Assembly: GCF_046119375.1 (NCBI RefSeq)
Contig: NW_027362762.1
Coordinates: 733,150,001 to 733,214,000 of the forward strand
Source: Phyllobates terribilis
Taxonomy: Eukaryota
Reading direction: 5' to 3'
Length of the DNA stretch: 64,000 nucleotides
The notes under the pieces were generated by a model that saw only the letters and a list, made by a program, of their open reading frames with translations, had not been told where the DNA came from and did no database searches. Positions 1 to 12,894 of the stretch are shown in pieces. Position 1 is the stretch's first letter, and the number at the start of each line of letters is the position of its first letter. A program made the position numbers and the translations under genes.

Positions 1-1204
1 TGTGATTGCCCCCCAGGCTAAAATTTGCCAGCCAGGTAAAGCACACTTCGGCTCAGCATTGTAAGGACTAATACGGTTGTGTGTATGAGGCTTAAAGATA
101 CAGTAAATCATTATTACTCAGAATTCCTTTTGCAAAGCAGGCAGATTGTTCTTAGAAGGTTGGATTTGGATTCAATAGCGGATGCCAATTTATATCATGA
201 AATGCTCAACCTGCAATACAAATGCTGAGGATTCATGAACTGCTCATTATTTTCCACTTTTGGAACAGTGACAGGCGTGATATTTACCTCTACAGTTACA
301 ACACTTTGCTTCCTTTTTAAAAATCCAAATGTAATTAACTAATAATAATTAGAGGAAGTGAAGCGCAATTCTGCACGAGCTCTCGGAAAGATTACAAATG
401 CAATGTAAAATGTGTCCAAATATAATTACAACAGGTTCTACTCTCTCGATTTACCTTTTATGATTGAGAAGAATAGCAAAAGATCTGGCTTCTCTTGAAC
501 AGGAATACAAGCGACAGAGAAGACTTTTGATTAGGCAAATTACAAGCACTCGTCCACTATCTGCAATGAATGATCTGTGTTGAAAGGAAGCTGTACTGTT
601 TGATGCTTGTGATAGTTTTAGCTTGATTCATTCTATCAGATATAGAGGAGTGTGCTGAATCTCAAGCACATTATCACACCGGCCCGATCGGCTCAGCTTG
701 CACCATGCTATTTCTTTCAGTCATTGACAAAAGACTTCTTACATTGAATTTTTGATAATAAAGCACCAACATATGAAGCAGTGCTGTACAGAAAATGCAA
801 TCATTAGCATCAGCTCTCTGACCTCATTGTGACTCACCATCTAATTTATATTAGAGCCAATTGTATAGTAAATCAATTAAAAGAGTTTTCATGGAATTAA
901 ATAAAAAAGCTGATGGCAGAAAATGTGATAAAATGCTAAAAACAAAATCATCAGGCAAAACCCTCTCATCTAGCAGTCCCTGACAGTCTTATGGACATGT
1001 CTTGCAGTGATGACATGTCATACATTGTGGCTTCTACAGCTGCATGCCATGCATTCAGACATCTCGGCCAGTCCAGTGATTGGCTGCAGCGGTCACATGC
1101 ACATTTGTATATACAAAACACTATGCAAAAGCATTCTAAAATGATTGAATGCATGAATAACAATATTATTAAACATGTAAAAAAAGGTGAGGTACATGTG
1201 CATG

Positions 1205-2251
1205 TGTGACACCCCAGGGGTCTGGTTGCCACAGTAATAGAGATATTATGTCTGAGAGCAAGTGGGAGGTTTCTCTGGTCAGGAGTCCTAAGCATGCAAC
1301 ACGGCCCACCCAGACCTGGGAGGGGAGGAATCTGCCCTTATAAACTGGGTCTGGGGCGGGATTAGGTGAGACAGAGCCTGCAGAACAAGCAGAGCAGTCA
1401 GAGCCTGGAGAGGGAAAGTGAGAACAGGAGCTCTGTAGGAGCAGAGGCAGAAGGCCAGGGGCTGTGAGCAGAGATATAGCTTGCCCTGGCTGAAGTTACT
1501 AAAACCGGACACAGGAGTCCGAGGCTGTGGGGACTGATATATACCCAGCAGCAGAAACCAGCCGGCAGGGGATTCCAGGTCCTCTGGCCATAGAAGCCCG
1601 GAGGCTCAGTCACAAAGAAGGGACCAGCGCCGCCATCCAGGAGCGGAGGCTAACAGAAGGCCCCAAGGCACCAGCCATACGGGTGAGCACCACACGGTAT
1701 ACTCAGGGACGTGGGCTACTTGTAACCGCTGAAAGCAAGGTAGCCAGGAAGAGTGCAGATAAACGGGGAGGCCTACAACTCCACCTGGCCAGGGGAACTC
1801 CTGCTTGCTCGCAGACTGACCAGGCCCCTTATACTAGCCAGTACTCCCGGGAGGGTCTGCCTTGTACCATCAGTAAAGACCCTGAACTGCACCTCACGTC
1901 TCTGTGATTCCTTGCCGCACCAGCACCATTAGCACTGGGACCCTCACACCATCACTCCCATCATCTCTCACATTAGCTGCCCTGAGGCAATACTTCTCCC
2001 GTGGGGAGTTATCCCATACTCGGCTGCGCAAACAACATCAGCCTCAGCGGTCGGCAGCGTAGCGGCGGTCCCCACTGACCGCAATCCACGAGTGGCGTAG
2101 TCGGACATTTGCTATACATTAAGACTGCCACTGGTTTGACCACCCTGGGCACGGACCGGGTCACCGCCACACGGAGACTACAACCCCCAGCATTCTAGAA
2201 CAGGCCCGGTTCCGGGTTCCCCTGCACAACACAGGCCCAGGGGGCACGTCA
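1205..2251 (+). mobile_element. Solo LTR, family 1, copy 1 (Gypsy-like, ~1.05 kb)
   Basis: Starts TGTGACACCCCAGGGG and ends CACGTCA, flanked by CATG at 1201-1204 and 2252-2255. TATA-like ttataaa near 1338, AGTAAA near 1873. Highly similar to 10802-11826. Confidence 0.8.
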
Positions 2252-2530
2252 CATGTATGGCAGATCATCACTGCAGAGCCTGTCAACCACTGGAGTGTCA
2301 CCGCTAGAGCATTGGGGAAGCCACCCGGTGAGGCCACATGACCACTAAGGCCAATCAGTGGCCTCAGGACTCATAAGCCAAACATGCTGGTTTTATACTA
2401 AGTCTACAGAGGTCATGTGAGCATGTATCACTGTAGGACAGGTCAGCAAGATCAATGGTGACCACTGAAGTGGAATTCAAGACCCCATGCACTAGAAGGA
2501 AATTGAGTAAACTGCTAGCAACATATTTAA

Positions 2531-2790
2531 AGGGAACCTGTCATGTAACAAAAATGCTATTAACCTGCACATAATGGGTAATCTGCAGGTTAATAGCATT
2601 CTGAACCTACCCAGTGCCCGCACTTAGACCCTAGCTGCTGGGAGGAAATGAACTTCATTTCTCCCACTAGCCTAAGACTTTCAGTCATAGGGGTGGGCAG
2701 GCGCGGCTTCAGTCATCACTCTGTGCATATTGAGCTGTACCCATAGTCCTGCCACTGACTGACAGCTGGCTCAGCATTAGAGTTGCCCAC
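2531..2790. mobile_element. Kolobok/T2-type MITE fragment (right end approximate)
   Basis: TTAA followed by AGGGAACCTGTCA, a terminus typical of anuran T2 MITEs. Confidence 0.45.
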
Positions 2791-3217
2791 AAAGAACAAT
2801 GTACTTTTAATTCTCTTTATGATATATAAATTATGTGAAATTATAAAAAAAATATGGCATCCGAATGATCTGTGTAAATGGGTTGTGGTAAATTTATTTT
2901 GAGATTTAGCCCTTAAAATGATATCATCAGATGAGGTCTAAGTACACCAGCCTGACACTGCGCACACCACAAACTTCACCTGTGGCTACAAAATAAATGA
3001 TTGCAGATGATGACCATAAAAAACATGATGAGCTGTTGATAGCGATTTTTCCACCAATTAATCTTTGAAGATGGTTTTCTGCTTTTTTTATACTTGTTGT
3101 TTCCTCTACAAATCCAACGCTAAAGAACATAATGTTTTTATTCTTTTACACAGCTTGTAATAATATGATGACAATTATTATAGTAACAATACATGGTTTT
3201 TTTTTTCCCTTACACAG

Positions 3218-3319
3218 AAAGCTAGACTTGCCAGGATAAAAGTGGCCAAGACAGGAACTTCATCTGCCTACCTGCACAGTAAACGGAACGGCTTACTGAA
3301 TGAAGCACTGGAAATGGCG
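3218..3319 (+). CDS. KCND3: KCND3 (Kv4.3) internal coding exon, 102 nt, phase 0/0: [34 protein letters not shown]
   Basis: Polypyrimidine tract and acceptor (ttttccct tacacAG) at 3216-3217, GTGAGT donor at 3320. The translation matches my recollection of the Kv4.3 post-S6 segment [34 protein letters not shown], with the same 34-codon length. Confidence 0.96.
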
Positions 3320-3542
3320 GTGAGTACAGTGGCTATTGTCAAGTACTTGCTTTACAGAAATGTAAAGGGTATATTAAATGTATATTATTCGGGGAAGTGC
3401 ATCTAACATTAGATATCTGGGATACCCATAAGTGGATATAGAAGACTAGAGAATTATATCACTGGTAATGTTCTTGAAGGTGACATATGTGATGGAATTC
3501 CTGTCTTTTGTCTTTGAATATTTAGCATCATTGTAAAGTTAA

Positions 3543-4002
3543 AGGGTTTGTTTCATATTAGTTCTTCAGAAGCGCATTGCTCTGCTGCCTCCAAGCCTCC
3601 TGGTTGACAGGGGCGGTGCACTCCTGAAGATTGACAGTTCCGGCCATCAGCATGGCAGAGCTGCCGGCCTGAACTGTGCACTCTTCAATGCTGCTAGAAG
3701 GGGCAGCTTTGCTTCTGCAGCATCAGAGAAGCTCGGTGGCTCGGAAGCTAACAAAGTAGAATCTTCAAACCAGCACTTACAAACCCTATAGGAAACAGCT
3801 TGGATGCGCGAGCTCTTTGCCTTGGAAACCAGACCAATGCAGAGGTGGCAGGTAATCTAGGCAATGAGCTGTAAACTCTAAAATTAAAAATCCCTCTGTT
3901 CTTGAAAACAGAGAAGATTTTTAATAAAATGAAAATTGCAAATATGTTTAATCTTCCAAGCACATTGCAATTTTAAGAACTTATGTATGTGATACAACCC
4001 CT
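3543..4002. mobile_element. Kolobok/T2-type MITE
   Basis: TTAA-AGGGTTTG left end and ACAACCCCT-TCAA right end (degenerate inverted termini and TTAA site). Confidence 0.5.
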
Positions 4003-6062
4003 TCAAAGCCGGACCTAAGCAATTTTTTTGCACATATAACAGGGCAATATTCGAGCTATATACCTCTGACCTCTTTTATTATGAGTACATTTGTAATGTA
4101 ATTTCAGTCTCACACTCAGTCCAGTACATGCCCTCTGAATTCAGTTCATGTGAACTACAGGACAACATGATCACGTAATGAATCCATCCTGGCAGCTCTC
4201 AAAGCCCTCCTTCTGCACTTAGCTACACCTTCCTTGTTTCTCCATATGCTCTTACATACAGCCAAAATATAATGTTTCATTTTGTATAAAAGAGCATTAA
4301 TGAGTCTATACAATGATAAGCTTCACCTTGTTTCCCCTGTCTCCTGCATGTAAAATCTGACAGGGAGAAACCTATGACAAGCAGGAGGCAGATGAGACAG
4401 GATAAAGCTGCATCTTACAAAATACACACAGTGTACATTGTTAGGAGACAGCTGTTTTATGTCACTCAGCTATCATTACTGTCATTAGATAGGAATTAGA
4501 GCAAGAGCAGTCTGATGATACACTACCACCTTGGCAAAGTAGGATCGTAGAGGACAATCCAAAAATTGCACTTAAAAACAGTTATACAAAAACCTCTGAA
4601 ATAGTCTTCAAAAGACTAAATAATCATAAAAAGATATGCTGCCTTACCTGGAACATGGGGACAGGCAAAAATGTAATGCTAGATTAGCAATATAACTGAT
4701 AGACAAGAGAAATCATTCATGATTACTGCATAATGGGTACACTTGGTACCCGCTAACAGCTTTTTGTGGAAATCTTACTTTAAAGGTGCACATTCTCAGA
4801 TTTGACATGCAGAAGATAAAGGCAATTGTGTACATTATTTTTTTTTTCATTTTTAAGTGTAATTGAAATCACTTTTTAATGACAATATCTGGATGTTTGC
4901 CAGCGCTTGCCGAGTAGGAAAGATTCAGTTTGCAGCCCTATTTCTGCCCAGAATGACTCACCTAGCTATACCCACGTCCCAACAGACTACATATTCCCAA
5001 ATTTTGCCAGTCAATTGTTACTGCCGTACTTCTGTTCACATTCCAAAATTATCATCTTATTCAAAGTCATCAATGAGCAACAATAAATGATGAAACATAG
5101 TTCTGCCAAAAGGGAAAAAACTGGAATGATGCACTGCTTGGCAAAGAGAAATGATGAACAATTCACACCAAACTCCCAAGTGTGCCGGGATTATAGATGG
5201 AACGTGGGTGTTTAATTCAGGATTTGCAGTAGATATGCAATAGGGATACAGTCATTAACCGCAGCATATTTCTCATTATTTCATTTATCTCATTAGCTAT
5301 CACGAGAGGCTGAAGAATTTCTTTCCCATTGCATCACCAAAACAATTTAATAGAAAAGTCTATGCAGTAACTACTATGAAATTAGCTCTGTAATGGACAT
5401 CTTATGAAGTTTAGCATAGATTATTAAAAGGTTTACTTCCATTGTATGTCCAGTAATGACAGTGCATTAACCCCTTGCACTCTCCTTGGCAACTTGTATC
5501 CATTACTCCAGAAAATCTTTTTTCTTTCTTTCAAACACCTAGAAATGTATTTTGTACTGAAAAAAAAAAGATTTACATTTTGGTTTCTGCAGTTGTTCTG
5601 CACATTCTCAATAGCCACTTGTGAACTATGCAGTCCTAAAATATATTACTGCCATCAAACTAACCTTTACATCGGGATTCTACAGCTTTATCATCCATTT
5701 CTAATAGGAACAATGTGATCCAACATCTTTTCAGTAGCCTGCAAAGGTATTACAGTAAAATGGAGATGAGATAGGAAACATAACTTTTACTGTAACATAA
5801 CTTTTACTGTTCCTCAAAATCTGGGCATTAAAGATTAACAGCCCCTGGGAATCTTTCTACCGATCCATAGTGCTCTTACCTCATTTGGTTTATGGTAGAG
5901 GGTCAAGTCACAAGTAATACCAATCCCACTATTATTACTTTATGTTCACTGCTTAGCCAGGAAGTCTATATGTGTACAGTACACCCTGACTAAGCATTGA
6001 ACATAAAGTCATTTGTAATTTGACCCGTGACTTAGCGGAAAATGCTGCAACTATTATATTAT

Positions 6063-6320
6063 TAGGAGAAAAAACTGGAAAGGAATGGGTTAACCTGCTC
6101 TGCCATCAATAATGAGGAGAAGACCGAGTTCCAAAAACACGTTTCGAAGTATACAACTTCATCATAAGGACAAACCATGATGATCACCGTGTTTTGTCCT
6201 GATGAAGAAATTGTATGCTTCGAAACGCGTTGACTATCAAACTGCATATTTTTGGAACCTGGTCTTCTCTTCATTATTGACGGCAGAGCAGGTTAACCCA
6301 TTCCTTTCCAGTTTTTCCTC
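6063..6320. repeat. Inverted repeat pair (~85-bp arms) with Penelope-type minimal hammerhead motifs
   Basis: ggagaaaaaactggaaaggaatgggttaacctgctctgcc is the reverse complement of ggcagagcaggttaacccattcctttccagtttttcctcc. The interior contains CTGATGA...CGAAACGCGTT at 6199-6231 and a degenerate copy on the minus strand. Confidence 0.7.
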
Positions 6321-7162
6321 CTGATTTCTCCTGTGGTCTGCAGCAGCCTAAGCCTCATTAGTGGTTGTGTGGACACAACCCTACCAGGTGAGCACAATTG
6401 TGCAGTGTTATCCTCCTTTTCTACCCAAATAAGACTCTATTGCACTTTTTGGTCTAGTTTTTTTTCGGAACTATTATGTTATTGGCTCAGCAGTTTTGCA
6501 GATAAAACTACAGCTTTACCACCTAAAATGTGCCACTAATTAACACTTTACTTGAAAACTCCACCTGTAACATGTGGATGTCATTTCAGCCTCACGAGAA
6601 TCCTACTTATGGAAATCTTTCCTTATATTGTGCCAATATGCAGCACATGAACAAAAGTATGCAGCCAAAAATTTAACCTAGAAAACATTGGTAGTAAAAT
6701 GGGTCATACAGAAGAGCTCAGTGACTTTAAAAGTGGTACTGTCTTAGGACGCCACCTTTGCTACAAGTCACTACTTGATACATGTTATCTAATAAATCTG
6801 TCCTAATGAACTGTAGTAAAGGCCCCTGTACCCATTAAACTACAGTCAGGCTAATCCACTAATATCAGTGGGATCGTCCGACATTCTAATGTATATGGGG
6901 GCTTCCTGACTTTCCCCCGACAAGTGATGTCGAGGGAGATAAGAGTCGAGCACTTTGCACTTTGAATTTTAACACCTGACCTTCTTATAGATCAGTAGAT
7001 AAGCCATGGCCAGAAGTTTCTTGCAGTGGCTTTTACTATCCTCCCCTTCAAAAGCACATGAACCTTCAGCCGAGTGGAGTGTTCCTGTGTATAGCAGGAG
7101 AGAAAGTTTTCTGTCGAATAATCGTTTGTCAGATGGCTATCTAGTGAGTATGGAGACTTTAA

Positions 7163-7520
7163 AGGGGTTGTCCCCTTAAAGAAAATCTCAGCCCCTGGGT
7201 GCAGTTTGTTATAAAAAAACAAACATTTTTTTTTACCCACCACCCCCAGGTCCAGAGCTGAGTCTCTACCACTGCTTCTGGTGTCTGATATTGGCTGCAG
7301 CACTACAGTCAATCAATGAGGTCAGTAAATCTTAGAGGGGCATTGTATCTACATGAGCTCATTAATTGGCTGCAGCACTATAGATGTGACATAAGCGCTG
7401 CAGCCAATATTAGACACTGTAAGCAGTGGCGGACCCGGGGAGGATAAGTAAGGAAAAGTTGTTTTTTTTTAATAACAAACTGCCTCTGGGGACCACGATT
7501 TTCTGAAAGGGGAAACATTT
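7163..7520. mobile_element. Kolobok/T2-type MITE with internal inverted arms (right end approximate)
   Basis: TTAA-AGGGGTTGTCC terminus. accactgctt...gatattggctgcagc is mirrored by gctgcagccaatat...aagcagtgg. Confidence 0.5.
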
Positions 7521-8919
7521 GTTAAGGTCCAAAATTGTGAAGATTAATATAGAAATATGTGGAAGTAACAAAACATGAGTTATAGCCGTGAATGCTGAAG
7601 TACGTGGTGCAGAAAAATGGCTTGAAAGCTGTCAATCAGCAGAAGGTGAATGGGGGAGCTGGGATCTCATGAATACTTGGGACTCCTTACTGAATGCATT
7701 GAAGCTGACTGTAAGCTCTCCAAAACCAATGCACACTTACACATAAGCGACAGACAGCTGAAATCGGCACTTCTGTCACTACTTTATATGGCCTCCATAG
7801 ACATCAGCAGAAAAGGGCTGACAGCTTCCCTTTAAATAAAGTTTTATGGTAATCACATAAAAAGTATTGCATATTTTTTTATTTTCCATGTCACTATTGA
7901 TTTTAAAAACTATAATATTGATCTCATATAATTACAGTTTTCATCCTGCTCATTAAGTCCTAGTATTAGGCAGATATTTTCTTTTCTGTACAGATAAGCA
8001 GTCAACTCGTTATCATCATAGACAGTATAACAAGATAACAATGACAGGTATCATCAATATATAGAGAAGACACTACATGCCACAAAATATTCCCATAGAA
8101 ATCAATAGGTTGAGTTCTCCTATATGCTGAAAATCTCAATAACTTCTTTTGCTTCAAATTAGAAAAAATGTCTGCCCCCCATAATAATTCAAAGAAAACC
8201 TGTGACCAAGTCAAAAGTCACCAATTTTGTAGTGACATTGTAATATATCTTTATTAGTGTTGAGGGAGCACTAAAATGCTCGGGTGCTCGAAGCTCGGGC
8301 CGAGCTCGCCGTGATACTCGGGTGCTCGACCCGAGCAACGAGCCCAATGTTAGTCTATGGGAGACTCGAGCATTTTTGCGGTGGCACCCCCGGCAGTCTG
8401 TAGAAAGCCTAAAAGGTACCCAAAACGATAGTGACAGTGCTCAAATGACATGGGGACAGCATGGGGATCGCCCCAGGAAGCATTTCTGACCACCAGGTCA
8501 CTTCTGTCAACAACGTGGTCAGAGGTATTAAGCCACTTTTACAGGCTCACAATAAAACGAAAGTGAAACTTTTTTCCTGTGAAATATGTTAAGGAACATC
8601 CTTCCCAGGGAAAAGACTTGTGTATAAGTTAAAATAAATGACCAAAAACAAAAATACTCCTCCACACCTTCGGCTATGTTCACAAGTAGCATTTTTTATG
8701 CGTTTTTGCACTTTTGTATTGCTTTCAACTATGACAAATGCATTCACCGGGAAATGTCATTTTAACATTTTACAACCTTATCTGGCCATGTGCTGTGTGA
8801 CACATGCATAAAGTGCTGAAAAGACATGGGAACAGCATGGGGAAGACCCCTGGAAGCATCTCTGACTCCCAGGTCACTGTCTAAAAGTGTGCCCATCATA
8901 AGTGATCCTTGCCGCATCA

Positions 8920-10330
8920 GAAGATGCAGACTTGCAACTATCCCCATGCAAGTTCTAGTCCCAGGGCAGTGTTCAATTGTACCTCCCCCATTCCTTGCAA
9001 TACAAGCGCAAGAATGCAGCCTGCCACCCACCCACCCCCAGGCTGCAATACCATACTGCTTGCTTGCTTGAACTTGAAATTGGGCCTTTTAGGCATGTGG
9101 AGGCGGAATCTGGCCACCACGTCATGGCTGTTTTGGCGGCCTGGAATCCATACTCAGTCCCCAGCCGCCCGGCGGCCGGGTGTCCATACTCAGTCTCCAG
9201 CCGCCCCGCGGCCGAGTGTCCACACGGTCCCCAGCCGCCTGGGGGCAGTCGGGTGTCCATAAACGGTCCCCAGCCGCCCCCATTTCTCCTTGGAACATCC
9301 CCCCACACACTTTTCTTAGCCCGGCCTGCTTTAGGCAGCATTGGACGAGCCCACCAGAGAACCAGACTCCTCCGGTGGGCCCTGACTTCTCCATCGGTGG
9401 AGTTGAGAGTGCCAAGGTGAGGAGCATGATGATGATGACAGAAGTTAGCATCTGCTATGTTTTCTTTTAATGCAAGTGTAAGTGTGCAGCCTGCCACCCA
9501 CCCACCCCCAGACTGCAATTCATACTGCTAGCTTGCACTTGAAATGGGGCCTTTTAGTTTAGAGAAGGCCAAAGCTGGCCACTACCTCATGGCTGCTTCT
9601 GCAGCGAGGTATCCATACTCAGTCCCCAGCCGCCCCTATTTGTCCTGGTGTGCCTTACACATAAGATTAAGCGCGTATACCAAAACATTACCTGTGCCCT
9701 CCCCAGTGCATTTAGTGGGAAGGAGAGCCTATTCCGCTGTAGTGTGTGCATGCCAAACCCCTGTTCATGGTACATGTGAAGATGCCTCCCACCTTGCACC
9801 TGTCGTTGCAGACTTGCAGCTATCCCCATTCAAGTCCTTGTCCCAGGGCAGTGTTCAATTGTACCTCTCCCATTCCTTGCAATGCAAGCGCAAGTATGCA
9901 GCCTGCCACCCACCCACCCCCAGGCTGCAATACCATACTGCTTGCTTGCTTGCACTTTAAATTGGGCCTTTTAGGCATGTGGAGGCGGAATCTGGCCACC
10001 ACGCCATGGCTGTGTCGGCGGCCTGGTATCCATACTCAGTCCCCAGCCGCCTGGTGGCTGGGTGTCCCCGCTTGCTCCCCAGCCTCCAGGGGGTGGCCAG
10101 GTGTCCATACTCGGTCCCCAGCCACCCCTATTTGTACCGGTAACCTTTCCCACACTTTTCTTAGCCTGGCCTGCTTTAGGGCAGCATTGGCCGAGCCCAC
10201 CGGACTATCAGACTCCTCCGGTGAGCCCTGGCTTCTCCATCAGGGGAGTTGAGAGTGCCAAGGTGAGGAGCATGATGAGGATGATAGAAGTTAGCATCTG
10301 CTTTGTTTTGTTGTAATGCAAGCGCATGTA
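8920..10330. repeat. Internally duplicated GC-rich subterminal segment of the hAT element (approximate)
   Basis: The block gcagcctgccacccacccaccccc aggctgcaataccatactgcttgc recurs near 9017, 9487 and 9899, with ccagccgcc sub-repeats. This explains the cluster of similar Pro-rich ORFs. Confidence 0.75.
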
Positions 10331-10801
10331 TGTAGTAGCGGCTAGGCCTGAGGAGGTCAGCGTTTTGGCGCATATCCTACCTCCTCCGAGGATTGCTGGA
10401 TGTTTTCCTGCTACTATCCAAGTTCTATGACTCCCGTTAAAACAAAGCTTCAGGTGATAAATGATGGATGAGGTAGTGGCAAAGGAGAAAGAGCAGGAGG
10501 AACAGGGACCATTCACATCAATATCAGGCCAGTCAACCAGATATGTCTTGTAGGATATGTTTCTGTAACAAAAGGAGCGGTTCGGCTACACAGTTATAGG
10601 GCATACAGTGAGTGCAATGCCTACCAAAAATTTCGAGGCACTCCAATGCCCCTTGGAAATGACATGGAGGTCAGAGGGCGTTAACTAAACCTTTTTTTCC
10701 ATTTATAGCAACTGGGTCTCCTGTGCACTGTTGGCCTAAGCAGTGAATGGAATGCTTTCCAAAAATTATGAGGTACTGCAATGCCCCTTACAAGAGCCAT
10801 G

Positions 10802-11826
10802 TGTGGCACCCCAGGGGTCTGGTCACCACAGTAATAGAGATTACGTCGGAGAGCAAGTGGGAGGTTTCCTGGTCAGGATCCCTTAAACATGCAACATCCT
10901 CCTGCCCCAGTCCTGGGAGGGGAGAATTCTGCCCTTATAAACTGGATCTGGGGTGGGGTTGAGTGAGTCAGAGAACAGAGAACAGTCAGAGTCAGAGTGA
11001 GAGCAAGGGAAAGTAACAGCAAGGAGCTCTGTAGGAGCTAGGAGCTAAAGACGAGGGGCTGGAAGCTGAGCAGAGCTCGCCCTGGCAGAAGACAATAGGA
11101 ACCGGACACAGGAGTCCGAAGCTGTGAGGACTTATATATCCAGCAGCAGAAACCAGCCGGCAGGGGATTTCAGGTCCTCTGGCCATAGAAGCCCGGAGGC
11201 TCAGTCACAAGCAAGGGACCAGCACCGCCGTCATGGAGCGGAGGCTAACAGAAGGCCCCAAGTCACCAGCCATACGGGTGAGCACTACACGGTACACTCA
11301 GGGACGTGGGCTACTTCTACCCGCTTACAGCAAGGTAGCCAGGAAGAGTGCAGACAGACGGGGAGGCCTACAACTCCACCTGGCCAGGGGAACTCCTGCT
11401 TGCTCACAGACTGACCAGGCCTCTTATGCTAGCCAGTACTCCCGGGAGAGTCTACCTTATAATCATCAGTAAAGACCCTGAACTGCACTGCAAAGACTCT
11501 GAGTCATTCCTGCTGCGCTCGTGCACCATCAACCCCATCATCGACACTCACTGCCCTGAGGCTATACTCCTCCCGAGGGGAGTTATCCCATTTTATGCTG
11601 CGCACACAACACCAGCCTCAGCGGTCTGCCTCGCAGCGGTGGTACTCCCTGACCGCAATCCACGGGTGGCGCAGTCGGACAATTAACCTCAAAACCTAAG
11701 AAAGACTGCCACTGGTTTGACCAGCCTGAGCCACGGGACCGGGTCACCGCCACGGAGACTACAGACCCCAGAGACCTGGCACCGGGTATCCCACACACGT
11801 GTACACACGGCCCAGGGGGCGCGTCA
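10802..11826 (+). mobile_element. Solo LTR, family 1, copy 2, nested in the hAT element
   Basis: TGTGGCACCCCAGGGG...GCGTCA flanked by CATG at 10798-10801 and 11827-11830. The uninterrupted target gagcCATGcagtac is visible in the adjacent tandem repeat units. Confidence 0.85.
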
Positions 11827-12742
11827 CATGCAGTACAGCATATTACAAACATAAGTCCCATTATTGGGGAGTGGGTGTCCCATAGTATTTGCTTATGCCT
11901 TGCCAGCAAAAGCTGTCAAAAATTAGGACGGAGCAACTTGCAATGCCCCTTACAAGAGCCATGCAGTACAGCATATTACAAACATAAGTCCCATTATTGG
12001 GGAGTGGGTCTCCCATAGTATTTGCTTATGCTTCCCCAGCAAAAGCTGCCAAAAATTAGGACGGAGCAACTTGCAATGCCCCTTACAAGAGCCATGCAGT
12101 ACAGCATATTACAAACATAAGTCCCATTATTGGGGAGTAGGTCTCCCATAGTATTTGCTTATGCTTCCCCAGCAAAAGCTGCCAAAAATTAGGACGGAGC
12201 AACTTGCAATGCCCCTTACAAGAGCCATGCAGTACAGCATATTACAAACATAAGTCCCATTATTGGGGAGTGGGTCTCCCATAGTATTTGCTAATGCTTC
12301 CCCAGCAAAAGCTGCCAAAAATTAGGACGGAGCAACTTGCAATGCCCCTTACAAGAGCCATGCAGTACAGCATATTACAAACATAAGTCCCATTATTGGG
12401 GAGTGGGTCTCCCATAGTATTTGCTTATGCTTCCCCAGCAAAAGCTGCCAAAAATTAGGATGGAGCAAATTGCAATGCCCCTTACAAGAGCCATGCAGTA
12501 AAGCATATTACAAACATAAGTCCCATTATTGGGGAGTGGGTCTCCCATAGTATTTGCTTATGCTTTCCCAGCAAAAGCTGCCAAAAATTAGGACGGAGCA
12601 ACTTGCAATGCCCCTTACAAGAGCCATGCAGTACAGCATATTACAAACATAAGTCCCATTATTGGGGAGTGAGTGTCCCATGGTATTTGCTTATGCTTTC
12701 CCAGCAAAAGCTGCCAAAAATTAGGATGGAGGAACTTGCAAT
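11827..12742. repeat. 133-bp tandem repeat, about 7 units, inside the hAT element
   Basis: caagagccatgcagtacagc recurs at 11953, 12086, 12219, 12352, 12485 and 12618 (exact 133-bp period). The first unit is split by the solo LTR. Confidence 0.95.
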
Positions 12743-12894
12743 GCTGGCACCCTGGTGGTATAGTGGTGGTGGAGGCTGAGGATAAGGAGAAGAAGATTAA
12801 ACAGCCGAAACGAGGAAGCGTATATCCATGTGTGGGTGTGAAGCGGTGCATGTGAATACACCTCCCGAAATAACACAGTGGATTTGACTTTATG

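Noticed and set aside
1527-1907. 126-aa ORF in the solo LTR
   Set aside because: It is not conserved in frame in the second LTR copy (11124-11686 has different ORFs).
8762-10516. Pro-rich ORF cluster as a second hAT gene
   Set aside because: It is explained by the duplicated GC-rich subterminal repeats, with inconsistent frames and no domain signal.
11827-12742. CRISPR-like array
   Set aside because: The units are contiguous identical 133-mers with no unique spacers, there are no cas genes, and the context is eukaryotic.
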